Shown: in pieces, positions 17,697 through 29,000 of the stretch
Layout of the letters: each line of letters starts with the position of its first letter
Position numbering within the stretch: position 1 is the first letter of the stretch
Assembly: GCA_963756875.1 (NCBI GenBank)
Contig: CAVWPA010000001.1
Span: 352,001-416,000, forward strand
Reading direction: 5' to 3'
DNA from: an uncultured Verrucomicrobiae bacterium
GTDB lineage: Bacteria; Verrucomicrobiota; Verrucomicrobiia; Chthoniobacterales; UBA10450
Length of the DNA stretch: 64,000 bases
The notes under the pieces: model-generated
The model's input: only the letters and a program-made list of their open reading frames with translations
Databases searched by the model: none
Told to the model about the DNA's origin: nothing
Program-made: the position numbers and the translations under genes

Positions 17697-20600
17697 ATGG
17701 ATCGTTCCGACGAACACGATGGAGCCTCCGGCCACAATGGCGGTTCCGAAGATCGATATCCCGACAGGTCGGCCGCGGCGCCCGTGTCGCCCGCAAGCGG
17801 GCCCAGTAGTAGGTTAATCCAGGTTACCGGCTCCGGACTTTCCGGGCCGTTCATTCGCCGTCCGGTGATGACGGTGCTGCTGACCCTGTCGGTAATCGTT
17901 GCCGGGTTCGCCACGTATAACAAACTCGCGGTGAACGACCTTCCCGCGGTCGATTACCCTGTTATCCAGGTCAGCTGCTCGTATCCCGGCGCCAATCCGA
18001 CCACCATGGCGAACAACATCGCCACGCCGCTTGAGAAGCAGTTCCTGCAAATCCCCGGCCTCGACCTCATTACCAGCTCGAGCACCCAGGGTCAGACCGG
18101 ATTGACGCTGCAGTTCAACATGAGCAAAAGCATCGTTGACGCGGCTACCGATGTGCAGGCGGCGATCCAACGTGCAACCGGGAAGTTGCCCATCGATTTG
18201 CCCAGCCCGCCGACCTTCACGAAAACAAATCCGAACGATCAGTCGGTCTATCTGCTCGGGCTGTTGTCCGATACCCTGACCGACGGCGATCTATATAAGT
18301 ATGCGTCCACAGCTGTGGCGCAACGCATCGCCATTCTTCCGGGGGTCTCGCAGGTCAACATTTACGGTGTCCAGGGTGCGATTCGAATTAAAGCCGATCC
18401 CGCCGCGCTGGCCGCCCGCGGTTTGACCATGGACGATGTAGCCAGCGCGATCAAAGCCGGGACCGTTTATTCCGGCGCGGGTCAATTCGACGGCGCTCAT
18501 CGCACTTTCATTCTGCAACCGAACGGGCAGCTCAGCACTGCGGAAGGCTATCGCAATCTGATCGTGGCGCGAAACAGGGATGGCTCGCCGGTCTTCCTGC
18601 GCGACATAGCCGATGTTTACCAGGGCGTGCAGGACGAGCGGCTTTCGCGCACTTTTTGGATGCGCGGATTTAAGCCTCCAGGGTCGGTGGTCGTGCTGGC
18701 GGTCTCACGGCAAGCAGGCGCGAACGCGGTGGAAGTCGCCGACTCGGTAAAAGCGCTCTTCCCTGAGTTGCGAGCGAGCCTTCCCGGATCCATCCAACTC
18801 ATTCCGGTGTTCGATCGCTCGCAGGGGATCGTCAATTCTGTGCACGATGTGGAATATACGCTGGTCATCGCCTTCATGCTGGTGGTGATGGTGATCTATG
18901 TTTTTCTGGGTCGCGCTACCGACACACTCATTCCGGTGGTGGCCTTGCCGCTTTCGCTGCTGCTCACGGTCACGGCGATGTACGCGCTGAACTACTCCAT
19001 CAACAACCTGACGTTGATGGCACTCATGCTGGCCATTGGGTTCCTGGTTGATGATGCCATCGTGTTCCTGGAAAACGTGGTGCGGCGCGCCGAGCACGGC
19101 GAATCCATCCTAAGGGCGGCTTACAACAGCGCCGGCGAAATTTCGTTCACCATTCTGTCGATGACCCTGTCGCTGGCGGCGGTCTTTATCCCGCTCGTTT
19201 TCCTGCCCGGTTTGCTCGGCCGTATCTTCCGCGAGTTTTCGGCCACGATCATTGTGGCAATTTTGTCTTCGGGGCTGGTCTCGTTGACGCTTACGCCGTT
19301 GATGTGTGCGCGCATTCTGGGAGAACGGAGGGCCGGCCACAAACGCGCGCGGATGGAGAAGTGGACAGGCGATTTCATCAAGCGCGTGATTGCCGCTTAC
19401 GGCCGCGCGTTGGACAAATTCCTGGATCGCGCCTGGCTGACTGTTCCCATTCTCCTTGGATGCATCCTCGGGCTCTGGTTCTTCTTTACTCATTTGCCAT
19501 TTACGCTCCTGCCGCCCGGCGACAGCGGTTTTATCCGGGGCGTTTTCATTGCGCAGGAAGGTTCTTCGCCGGCGCAGATGCGCGCGTATCAGCAGCAGGT
19601 CAACGCAAAGCTGAAAGAAGATCCGAACGTCGCGCAATTTTTCACCCTGGCCGGTCTTTCCACTCGGAGCGCTTCCTCGCAGGGGCTCATGTTTCTCTTT
19701 CTCAAACCGAGAAGCGAGCGGCCCGACATTGAGCAATGCGTTCTCGAGCTGCAAAAAAAAATCGCCACCGTGCCGGGCGTGACGGCGGTCATGCGACCCA
19801 ATCCGGTCCTGCAAATCAACATCGGCGCGACCAACCAGACGCAGGGACAATATGCCTACACCCTCAGCGGCATTGTGCCCGCTGATGTTTATGCCGCCTC
19901 CGACCAGTTGATGGAGAAACTCAGTGGCTTCAAGGGTTTCGCCACTCTCCGCTCCGATTACTACCACGACACGCCGAACCTGACTGTCGACATCGATCGC
20001 GAACGCGCCGCCACGTACGGCGTTTCTACTTCCGCGGTAGAAAGTCTTCTCCGGACGGCCTACTCGCAAAACTATGTTTATTTAATCAAGGAGCCCGAGG
20101 ACCAGTATGAAGTGATTTTGGAGGTTAAGGACAAGGAACGCGCGCAACCGGCCGACCTGAACAATCTGTATGTGCGTGGCAGTACCGGTGGAACGGTCGC
20201 TCCTGTGGGAGGCAATAGCGGAGGTGCCCTCCCGACTACTAGCGGCCTGATTTCCAATCTTGTCCCGCTGCGCGCCGTTACGTCGACAAAGCAGATCCTC
20301 GGACCGCTGGCGGTGAACCATCTAAACCAGTTCACCAGCGTAACAATCAATTTTAATTTGCTGCCCAATGTCGCCATCGGCGATGCGACCAAGTACATCG
20401 AAGACAGTTTTGCCCAGGTTCATCGGCAATTCCCGACAGGTACAGGCGACGTTTCAAGGTGAAGCGCTCGTTTTCCGTCAGCTTTTCGCGTCACTCCCGC
20501 TCCTGCTGATCGCTGCCATCTTTGTGATGTATGTGATTCTGGGAATTCTTTACGAAAGTTATGTTCATCCTATTACAGTGTTGTTTCCCGCCATTGTTCC

Positions 20601-21090
20601 GGCGGTCGTCGGCGGCCTTTTCACGCTTTGGATTTTTCATTCCACCCTTTCTCTCTATAGCGTCATCGGCCTTTTCCTGCTGCTCGGTATCGTCAAGAAA
20701 AACGGAATCCTGGTGGTCGATTTCGCACTGAAACGGATCGATGAAGGGCTGGGCCTGCGAGAGGCAATTCACGAAGCGAGTCTTGAGCGTTTTCGTCCGA
20801 TCATGATGACGACGCTCTCTGCCCTCATGGGCGCAATCCCGCTGGCCATCGGTTTCGGATCGGACGCCTCGTCACGCCGCCCGCTGGGTCTTGTCATTGT
20901 TGGAGGATTGATCTTCTCGCAAATGGTCACGCTTTTTGTCACGCCAGTGATTTATCTCTGGCTCGAATGGTTCCAGGAACACGTGCTCGACAAGGTGCCG
21001 TTTCTGCGCAGCGCGCACATGCATCACGAAGGCGAGTTGGCCCGACCGGGCGACGGTCGAGCCAAACCGCAGCCGGCCGTGGCGCAATAA
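17697..21090 (+). CDS. RND efflux permease (MdtB/MdtC-like), split by a +1 frameshift near 20436-20440
   Basis: FIRRPV, LPAVDYP, GFLVDDAIV, GIVKKNGIL, RFRPIMMTT; ORFs 17697-20462 and 20368-21090 join into one protein. Confidence 0.9.
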
Positions 21091-21106
21091 GACAGGCGCA
21101 GGTTCG

Positions 21107-21688
21107 CTAGGGCGGAGTCTGCGGCTTTGGCGGCACGGAGAGTTTCGAGTCGATGGTCCGGCCGCCGTAATCGAAATGAACAACGCCATCTTCGATTTTT
21201 GTCACCAGCACAGCGCCCGTGTCGTCCCCGACCCTCACTTCTATCCAGTCATCCTCGGCCAGTCGTCTTCCATTCACGATCGCAAGATGAATATCGCCGA
21301 GCGCAATGGAAGTAACATGGAGCATCTCGGCTGTAATCGGGAGACCCGTCTTCAACGGGACATTTCCAGGCAGGGGTGGAGGCGTGGACAGGCGTTTCAT
21401 CGGCGGGGTCGCTGGCAGTTCATCGCCAAGAGATGCCAGCCGATGAGTCGGTCCCGGTTGGATGAGATAAATGTAGCCAACCAGGATGGCAAGCGCGACG
21501 AAGACAAAGCCTCCAAGGAACGTGAAAAGACTGATGTTCGAATATCGCGCGCGGTCTGAAATTACCGGCTCTTCCCCCGATTGTTCGTTCTCGCTGCCTG
21601 GAGCCACCTCGCGGACAAACCTCTCCTCCGGTTCGTCCCGTCGAACCATATTCAGCCCGTCATCCTCTGAACCTGGGGGATCTGTCAT
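21107..21688 (-). CDS. Hypothetical single-pass membrane protein (GspB-like C-terminal segment)
   Basis: One TM helix, Pro-rich linker, LHVTSIALG..LAIVNGRRLAEDD..V..KIEDGVV. Confidence 0.55.
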   Translation of the reverse strand: MTDPPGSEDDGLNMVRRDEPEERFVREVAPGSENEQSGEEPVISDRARYSNISLFTFLGGFVFVALAILVGYIYLIQPGPTHRLASLGDELPATPPMKRLSTPPPLPGNVPLKTGLPITAEMLHVTSIALGDIHLAIVNGRRLAEDDWIEVRVGDDTGAVLVTKIEDGVVHFDYGGRTIDSKLSVPPKPQTPP

Positions 21689-21821
21689 AGAAAATAAAAG
21701 CTGGGCGCCAGATGGCCAAAGAATCGGCGTTCGAGCGCAAGTTGCAACCGGAAAACCAAACCCTTCGAGTGCGTGACGACTTAACATTTAGATTTTGGAG
21801 CCAAACGCGATACCGTGCGAC

Positions 21822-22868
21822 ATGCGAGCGATGGTGCTTGAAAAAATTGGAGCTCCGCTTGTACTGCGCGACCTGCCCACGCCGAAGCCGGCGAAAGGTC
21901 AATTGCTCGTGCGCGTCGCCGCGTGCGCTGTTTGTCGCACCGATCTCCACATTGTGGATGCTGAACTTCCGGATCCGAAATTGCCGCTCATCATGGGTCA
22001 TCAAATCGTCGGCCAGGTAGAAGAAATCGGAGAGGAAGGCAATCCGCAATCCGGAAAGAAGGCCAGTCCGGCTCGGACCGCTCCGCAATTTCAAATCGGC
22101 GACCGGGTCGGCATTCCGTGGCTCGGCTGGACCGATGGCGAATGCGCTTATTGCCGATCCGGCCGGGAGAATCTTTGCGACCGCGCACGTTTTACCGGTT
22201 ATACCATCGATGGCGGCTACGCGGACTTCACGGTTGCGGACGCGCGATATTGTTTCCATCTCCCCGACAACTACAGTGATGTCGAAGTTGCGCCGCTGCT
22301 TTGCGCCGGCCTCATCGGTTATCGATCCTATCGCAAGACCGGTGATGCCCGTCGCCTCGGCCTTTATGGCTTTGGCAACGCCGCGCATCTGATTGCGCAG
22401 ATTGCCCTTTATCAGGGCCGGAAAATTTTTGCGTTTACGCGTCCGGGCGATACGGCAACGCAAGAGTCGGCAAGGAAAATGGGTGCCGCCTGGGCCGGTG
22501 GTTCCGATGAAACGCCGCCGGAAAAGCTCGATGCCGCGATCGTATTTGCCTCGGTTGGTCCGCTGGTGCCCGCTGCTCTACGAGCGCTTGCCAAAGGGGG
22601 GATCGTTGTCTGCGGCGGCATCCACATGACGGAGATCCCGTCCTTCCCGTATGACGATCTTTGGGAAGAGCGCACGATTACGTCCGTCGCAAACCTGACA
22701 CGACAGGACGGCGACGAATTTCTCGAGATCGCTCCGCGTGTTCCGGTGAAAACCAAAACGGTGACGTTCCCACTCGAGGACGCCAACACCGCGATCCAGA
22801 AATTCCGTGGCGGCAAGCTGGACGGTACCGCGGTTCTCTTGATCAACGCCGACAGCTCGATCAAGTAA
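21822..22868 (+). CDS. Zinc-dependent alcohol dehydrogenase family protein
   Basis: CAVCRTDLH, GHQIVG, CAYC..GRENLC, APLLCAGLIGYR, GLYGFGNAAH. Confidence 0.93.
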   Translation: MRAMVLEKIGAPLVLRDLPTPKPAKGQLLVRVAACAVCRTDLHIVDAELPDPKLPLIMGHQIVGQVEEIGEEGNPQSGKKASPARTAPQFQIGDRVGIPWLGWTDGECAYCRSGRENLCDRARFTGYTIDGGYADFTVADARYCFHLPDNYSDVEVAPLLCAGLIGYRSYRKTGDARRLGLYGFGNAAHLIAQIALYQGRKIFAFTRPGDTATQESARKMGAAWAGGSDETPPEKLDAAIVFASVGPLVPAALRALAKGGIVVCGGIHMTEIPSFPYDDLWEERTITSVANLTRQDGDEFLEIAPRVPVKTKTVTFPLEDANTAIQKFRGGKLDGTAVLLINADSSIK

Positions 22869-22882
22869 GTCGCCTCGTCAAT

Positions 22883-25408
22883 TTAGCGATACCGCGCGGC
22901 CTGATTCGGTTTGCCCCACGCCTCGTAGAGTTTCACCAGACGTTCGCGCGCCTCTATCGCACGGCGATCTCCTCCATCCAGTTTCGCTTTGAGTCCGTTG
23001 TAGCTGTGGATAAGGAGCGGTTCCGCTTCCGAATAACGCTTCTCAGCGGTCAAACATTCGCCCAGCGCGCTTTCGGTGAATGGAATCAACACATTTTCAT
23101 TCGGTAAAAGCTTTTTCCGAATCGTAAGCGCTTCGCGCAACAACGGTTCGCCTTTGGCGGGTCTGCCGAGTCGCGTCAAGGTCAGTCCGAGAGCTGCTTT
23201 TACTGCAACCGGGATGGGGTGTTCGCGCGGAAAGAATTTCAACGAAAGATCGAGAGCTTTCCGATATTGAGTTTCGGCATCATGGTAATTGCCCTTTAAA
23301 AAATAAACTCGTCCCAAGTCTCTGCTGATCGCTGCGACGCTGGAGCTGTCGTCGCCCAGAACTTTGCGATAAGTCGCATAACTCTGCCGGAGTACGGTCT
23401 CCGCTTCGGCGTATGCTCCTCGATTAGTGAGGAGCTCGCCCAGGTAGTCCCGGGCTTGCGCGCGAAAGATCCGATATCGACCATTGGTGCGGTTGCCTAC
23501 TTCGATAGCGCGGCGAAAAAGCCGCTCTGCGCCGGCGATGTCGCCAGACTGTTCGCGCGCAAGTGCAAGGCCCGACAACGTCGCCATATAGTAACCGTGA
23601 TTTTTGCCAAGATATCTTCCGATCTGATCGACAGCTTCCTCGAGGAAAGGCTCTGCGGCTTTTCCGTTGCCTTGCCAGAATAAATTCATACCCAGGCTGT
23701 AGAGGGCCACACCAAGATCTGCATTCCCGCTTGGGTGCAGTTTGCGCTGGAGTTCGACGGCTTTGCGCGAAATCGTTTCTCCTTCAGCCGCTTTATCTTG
23801 AAAGGCCAGATCGAGCCCAAGCCAGCCCATGGTGGTCGCCGTTGTCGCATTCAGCTCGCCGTTCGCTTTCCGGCTCGCGTCCAGCGCCGCGCGCAAATTC
23901 TCCTCTGCGGGCGCGAACAAGCCCAGGGAAATGTAGGTGCGCCCCAACGTCATCAGGACATCCGCCATTGCATCGGGCTGATTCGTCAACTCGCTCCTGG
24001 CCCGGCGCGACGCTTCGCCAAGAACGTCGACCACTTTAATATCAATTCCTTTGGTTTCCGGAGCCGCTGCTCCGAGCATGTCTTGCAAAAATGTGTTGAT
24101 GCGCTCGGCTCTCAACCTTTCGCGTTCGGCCACGTCGCGCTGCCGGCGCGCGATTTGCCCCTGCCATAATGCGGCGATTGTTCCGCCAACGATCGCGAGA
24201 AAAATCAAGGATACAGCCGCCACTGCCACTTTATTACGGGCCACGAATTTTGATGCGCGATAACCGGCGGTGTCTTTGCGGGCGGTAACAGGCCGGCCTT
24301 CGAGATAATGGCGAATGTCTTCTGCAAATTGGCTGACCGAGCGGTAGCGGCGTTCCGGCTCTTTGCGAAGCGCCTTAAGAACAATGTTATCCAGATCGCC
24401 ACGCAAATGCGGCACGCGCTTCCAGCCCGTGAACCATCGGCCAGAACCGGACGCCACAATGGTACTTGGTTTGGTTGGCTCCCGTTCCGTGACCGCACGG
24501 GCGATGGCGGCGGGTGTGCGAGCGGAGATTTGGTACGGCTTTTGGCCGGTCAACAACTCGTAGAGAACAACGCCAAGACTGTAGATGTCGCTCGCGGTGG
24601 TCATGTTCTCGCCCCGCACCTGTTCCGGACTGGCGTAGTGCGGTGTCATGGCGACGGAGTAGGTCATGGTTTGCTCCGCGATTGCGGCAGTCTCCGGGTC
24701 GACAAGCCTGGCGATTCCGAAATCGAGCAGCTTCGGTTCCCCCTCGGCGGTCACCCGGATGTTTGCCGGTTTAATGTCGCGGTGAATAACCAGGTGCTGG
24801 TGCGCGTAGGAAACGGCAGCGCAGATCCTTCGAAACAACTCCAATCGCTGCGGGATCGAGTTCGAGCCGGACTGATGGAATTTTTCGCGGCAATAATCAT
24901 CCAGTCTCGAGCCATCAACGTATTCCATGACAAAATAAGGCAGTCCATTTGCGGTCAACGCGCCGCCGTATAGCTGCGCGATGTTTGGATGAGTGAGACC
25001 GGCCAGAATCTGTTCTTCCCTATAAAAATGACGGACAAAGTTCGGCGCGCCCAAACCGTATTTGAGGAGCTTAATGGCAACCTTGCGCTGCAATTTCGTG
25101 TCTTCGGCCAGATAGACTTCGCCCATGCCGCCTTCGCCGATGAGTGAGAGGATTTTATAATCGCCGAGGACGTCGCCGGCCTTTAATTCACGACATTCGT
25201 CCGCCAGCATCTCGGCGACTTTTTCGACCGCAGGCTGTTCGATGAAGTCGCGCGCTTTTTCTTGAAATAGCAAGAGCGATCCGACTTCGCCGAGCAACTC
25301 AGGATCGCCGGCGCAAAGATCGGCAATCATCGCGCCGCGTTGCGCTGCTTCCACCTCGAGTGCGCGCTCGACGATCTCCGCGACGCGCTCCACCTGCTCA
25401 GGCCGCAT
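22883..25408 (-). CDS. Hanks-type Ser/Thr kinase with TM helix and C-terminal TPR repeats
   Basis: GEGGMGEVY, VAIK, HRDIKPANI, DFG, YASPEQ, DIYSLG, TM segment, kinesin-light-chain-like TPRs. Confidence 0.95.
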   Translation of the reverse strand: MRPEQVERVAEIVERALEVEAAQRGAMIADLCAGDPELLGEVGSLLLFQEKARDFIEQPAVEKVAEMLADECRELKAGDVLGDYKILSLIGEGGMGEVYLAEDTKLQRKVAIKLLKYGLGAPNFVRHFYREEQILAGLTHPNIAQLYGGALTANGLPYFVMEYVDGSRLDDYCREKFHQSGSNSIPQRLELFRRICAAVSYAHQHLVIHRDIKPANIRVTAEGEPKLLDFGIARLVDPETAAIAEQTMTYSVAMTPHYASPEQVRGENMTTASDIYSLGVVLYELLTGQKPYQISARTPAAIARAVTEREPTKPSTIVASGSGRWFTGWKRVPHLRGDLDNIVLKALRKEPERRYRSVSQFAEDIRHYLEGRPVTARKDTAGYRASKFVARNKVAVAAVSLIFLAIVGGTIAALWQGQIARRQRDVAERERLRAERINTFLQDMLGAAAPETKGIDIKVVDVLGEASRRARSELTNQPDAMADVLMTLGRTYISLGLFAPAEENLRAALDASRKANGELNATTATTMGWLGLDLAFQDKAAEGETISRKAVELQRKLHPSGNADLGVALYSLGMNLFWQGNGKAAEPFLEEAVDQIGRYLGKNHGYYMATLSGLALAREQSGDIAGAERLFRRAIEVGNRTNGRYRIFRAQARDYLGELLTNRGAYAEAETVLRQSYATYRKVLGDDSSSVAAISRDLGRVYFLKGNYHDAETQYRKALDLSLKFFPREHPIPVAVKAALGLTLTRLGRPAKGEPLLREALTIRKKLLPNENVLIPFTESALGECLTAEKRYSEAEPLLIHSYNGLKAKLDGGDRRAIEARERLVKLYEAWGKPNQAARYR

Positions 25409-25967
25409 GTTGGTTCAGCTCACGGCACAGCCAGAGCTTGGCGAAATTCCAGTCGCGCAAAACGGTTTTCTCCGAAACCTGGAGAACTTCCGAAATTTCC
25501 CTGGTGTCGAGGCCACCGAAGAATTTGAGTTCAACCACTTCGCTTTTTCGCGGGTAGATGTTCGCGAAGGTCTCCAAGGCTCCGTCGAGCGCGACTAATT
25601 CCACCGAATTCTTGGCAGCCAGCTCGTTCGCTTCCTCCAGAGAGAGCTTCTGTTGGAGGCCACCCCGCTTGGCCGCGTTATGCGCGCGCGCGTGGTCGAC
25701 CAAAATCCGGCGCATCAGGCGCGCGGCGATGCCGTAGAAATGCGCCCGATCCTTCCAAGTAAGGCGGGTTTCGTCGGCGAGACGAAGATACGCCTCGTGG
25801 ACCAGCGCGGTCGCTTGCAGGGTGTGATCGGCGCGTTCCCTCCGCAGATAGTCGCGTGCTAGCCGGCGCAATTGTTCGTAGACGAGCGGCATCAGCTTTT
25901 CGGGCGCGTCGTTGTCGCCGGCACTCCAATCTTTCAGGATTTGTGTGACGTCGTTTGCAGCAATCAT
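25398..25967 (-). CDS. ECF sigma factor, TIGR02999/ECF43-like kinase-associated type
   Basis: VTQILKDW, LMPLVYEQLRRLA, HTLQATALVHEAYLRL, AARLMRRILVDHAR, VVELKFFGGL; overlaps the kinase start. Confidence 0.92.
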   Translation of the reverse strand: MIAANDVTQILKDWSAGDNDAPEKLMPLVYEQLRRLARDYLRRERADHTLQATALVHEAYLRLADETRLTWKDRAHFYGIAARLMRRILVDHARAHNAAKRGGLQQKLSLEEANELAAKNSVELVALDGALETFANIYPRKSEVVELKFFGGLDTREISEVLQVSEKTVLRDWNFAKLWLCRELNQHAA

Positions 25968-26091
25968 GCAGCCGATTCCGGGCAGTTAGTTACCGATCTT
26001 AGTGCAATTCCAGCCTGCCGCGCGAAGCTATTTTCGCAAAAAATGTCCGTTTTCACCCGCTCCCTCCGCATTGCTGCTTGGAAGGACGAAT

Positions 26092-29000
26092 ATGAAAACG
26101 AACATGCTATCCCGAACCGCTGTTGCAATTCTGGCGTTGTATGGTTTTGGACTCGCGTCTGCGACTGCCCAGGAAGTTACGGCTACTTTCACGAATTCCT
26201 TCGGCGATGGCGTTTGGGAGCGAGACGCGCACATCGGGGTCATTGGCAATCCAGGCGATCCGAGCACCCCGGGCAATTGGGACACAGGCGCTTATCCGAC
26301 CAACCACCATTACATTACTGACCCCAACACCGGAAACAAAGTTCCCAACAACGATCCGCTTTACGACGCCCTGGTCGGCATGAACGGCTGCAGCCTGGGT
26401 GCCGGAGTCCAGGTGCTAACAGCCACCGTAGTCAATGGCGTGACACTGAATATCGTCCCGCATGGCGATCTGGGAATCGCGGGCGCCAACGGGATTACCA
26501 ATAACGGAACGATCACGGTCAATCCCACTGCTGCGCCCACCCCTGCCGGCATTCAGTTTTTTGCCGACTCGCAAATCACGGGGGCCGGCACCATTACTCT
26601 CAACGGCATCAATAGTCGTGCCGCCAATTATCCGGGTCGGCCGGACGCCTTTATTGCGAACGATAATGGAAATACCGGCGGTGGTCACACGGTCACCCAT
26701 GGCGCCAACCATTTGATCCATGGCCGGGGCGACATCAGCACGGACGATAACGCGGCGACGTGGATCAACAATGGGACCATCGACGCCGACGTGACTGGAG
26801 GTTTGCTGCGGATGTATTTCAGCAGTAACGCGAATCAGAACAATAATCTCCTGGAAGCCACTAACGGCGGGACATTGTACATTGAGGACGGAGTGCTCAA
26901 TCAGGCCGTCGCCGCCAGCATCTTCGCCGCCGACGGGAGCTACGTTCAGCTTGGTAACGTTACTTTGGCGAACAATCACTTCAGGCTGAACGGCGGAATC
27001 CTTGACACGGCAGGCAGCGGCTTGATCGAGGCCAACTCGCTCGACGCCGATGGCATTATCAACAATGGCGCGGTCGAATTATTGCCGGGCGATCACATTC
27101 GTGTCTTTTCAGGCGGTATAACAAATAATGGAACGATTCTGATCAATACCACCGCGGCCAGTACTCACACCACGGTGCAGTTTCTGAATAACGCGCAATT
27201 TGATGGTTCCGGGAGCATCGAGTTAAACGGCATCAACAGTTCCGATGCCTTGCTTACCAATAGCAACGGAAATACCGGCGGCGGCCAGAACATTACAAAC
27301 GGCGCAAATCATCTGATCCATGGCCGCGGTGATCTCGATGCAAGCGATAATCCCGGAGTGTTTGTCAATAATGGGACAATCAACGCCGACGTGGACGGCG
27401 ACCAGTTGCGCGTCTTTTTCTACAATGGAGCCGGAAGTGAAAACAACGGGACCATGGAGGCCACCAACGGTGGCACGCTCTTTTTTGAGACCGGTTCTGT
27501 AGATCAAAGTGGCGGCGGTATCCTTTTTGCCGGCGACAACAGTCTGGTGCAATTAGGCAGCGTCAGTCAGAACCGCGTTCTTAGCGTTACCGGCGGCACG
27601 TTCAACACGGCGGGCACCGGGATCATCGATGCCAGCGACCTGGGAGTAGATGGATGCACGAACTCAGGAGCCATGGAAATGCTGCCTGGTGACTTTATGG
27701 ACGTGCATTCGAACGGCTTGACCAATAACGGCACGATCGTTGTCAACACGACTGCCGCCAGTACCAATACCGGTATCCGGTTCGCTGTGATCACTCAGAT
27801 CGCAGGGACGGGAAGCATTCAGCTCAACGGCATTTCGTCTTCCAACGCGTACATGTACAGCGGTAACGGTAACAGCGGGAGTGGCGTTCCGGTGACGAAT
27901 GGGGCCAGTCATACAATTCATGGACGGGGCGACATCAGCTTTGACACTGGCGGTGCCGTGCTGGTGAACAACGGCACCTTCAATGCCGACGTCGCCAATG
28001 GTGACACGCTTCGAGTGTTTCTTACCAACGATTCGCGCAATCAAAATAATAGCCTGATGGAGGCTACGAATGGTGGCACTCTGTTTTTCGAAAACGGGCG
28101 GCTCGATCAAAGCGGCGGCGGCGCGATTTTCGCCGATGCCGGCAGCACCGTCCTGCTGGGCAATAGTGGATTTGCCAACAATGTGTATCTACTAACGGGC
28201 GGAAATTTGAGCACGGCGTCCGACGGCGTGATCGAAGGGATAACAACCAGCTTCGCCGGCGATATCACAAACGGGGGTACCTTTGAGATTCCGTCCAACG
28301 ATCGAACATATATTGTTGCAACGACGCTGACGGACAACGGTACGATGACCGTGGATGATAACACCGCGCTGTTGCGTTTCGACCAGAACAACACCGCCAT
28401 CGGAGGCAACGGCTCCATTGTGTTAAACAACGGCGGCATCATGCGAATAAGTGGCGGCCAGACGGTCACCAACGGCAGCAATCACACGTTGAAGGGTAAT
28501 GGCACTCTGGACATCCAGGGCGCGCTAACCAATAACGGCATCATTGCACCCGGCCTTTCGCCAGGACAGTTGAACTTCAACGGCGCGCTCAATCTTGCAT
28601 CGACGTCGAACCTTTCCTTCGAGATTGCCGGAACAGGGCAGGGAACTACTTACGATCTGCTCAACAAAACCGATGGCGGCACATTCACCCTCAATGGCAA
28701 CCTGACCGTGCGCTTAATCAATGGCTTCATCCCCGCCAATGGCGACATCTTTACCATTGTTACCACACAACAAATTCTCGCCGGCGCATTCACCAACGTG
28801 GCCAACGGAGCGCGCCTGAACACAGCGGACGGCGGCGGCTCGTTCCAGGTCACTTACAATGTTCTCAATGATCCTGTGGCCTCACGTAATGTCACCTTAT
28901 CAAACTTCCAGCCCACGGCTACGCCAACACCTACTCCTACTCCCACGCCAACGCCGACCCCGACTCCCACTCCCACGCCACCTCCGTGTGGACCAAATGT

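Noticed and set aside
20430..20445. Programmed ribosomal frameshift in the RND permease or cbaA
   Set aside because: No canonical slippery heptamer or stimulatory structure; a simple indel is more parsimonious.
28912..28986. Tandem hexamer-like repeat as a contingency locus
   Set aside because: Encodes a Pro-Thr linker with varied synonymous codons; the same applies to 40746-40817.
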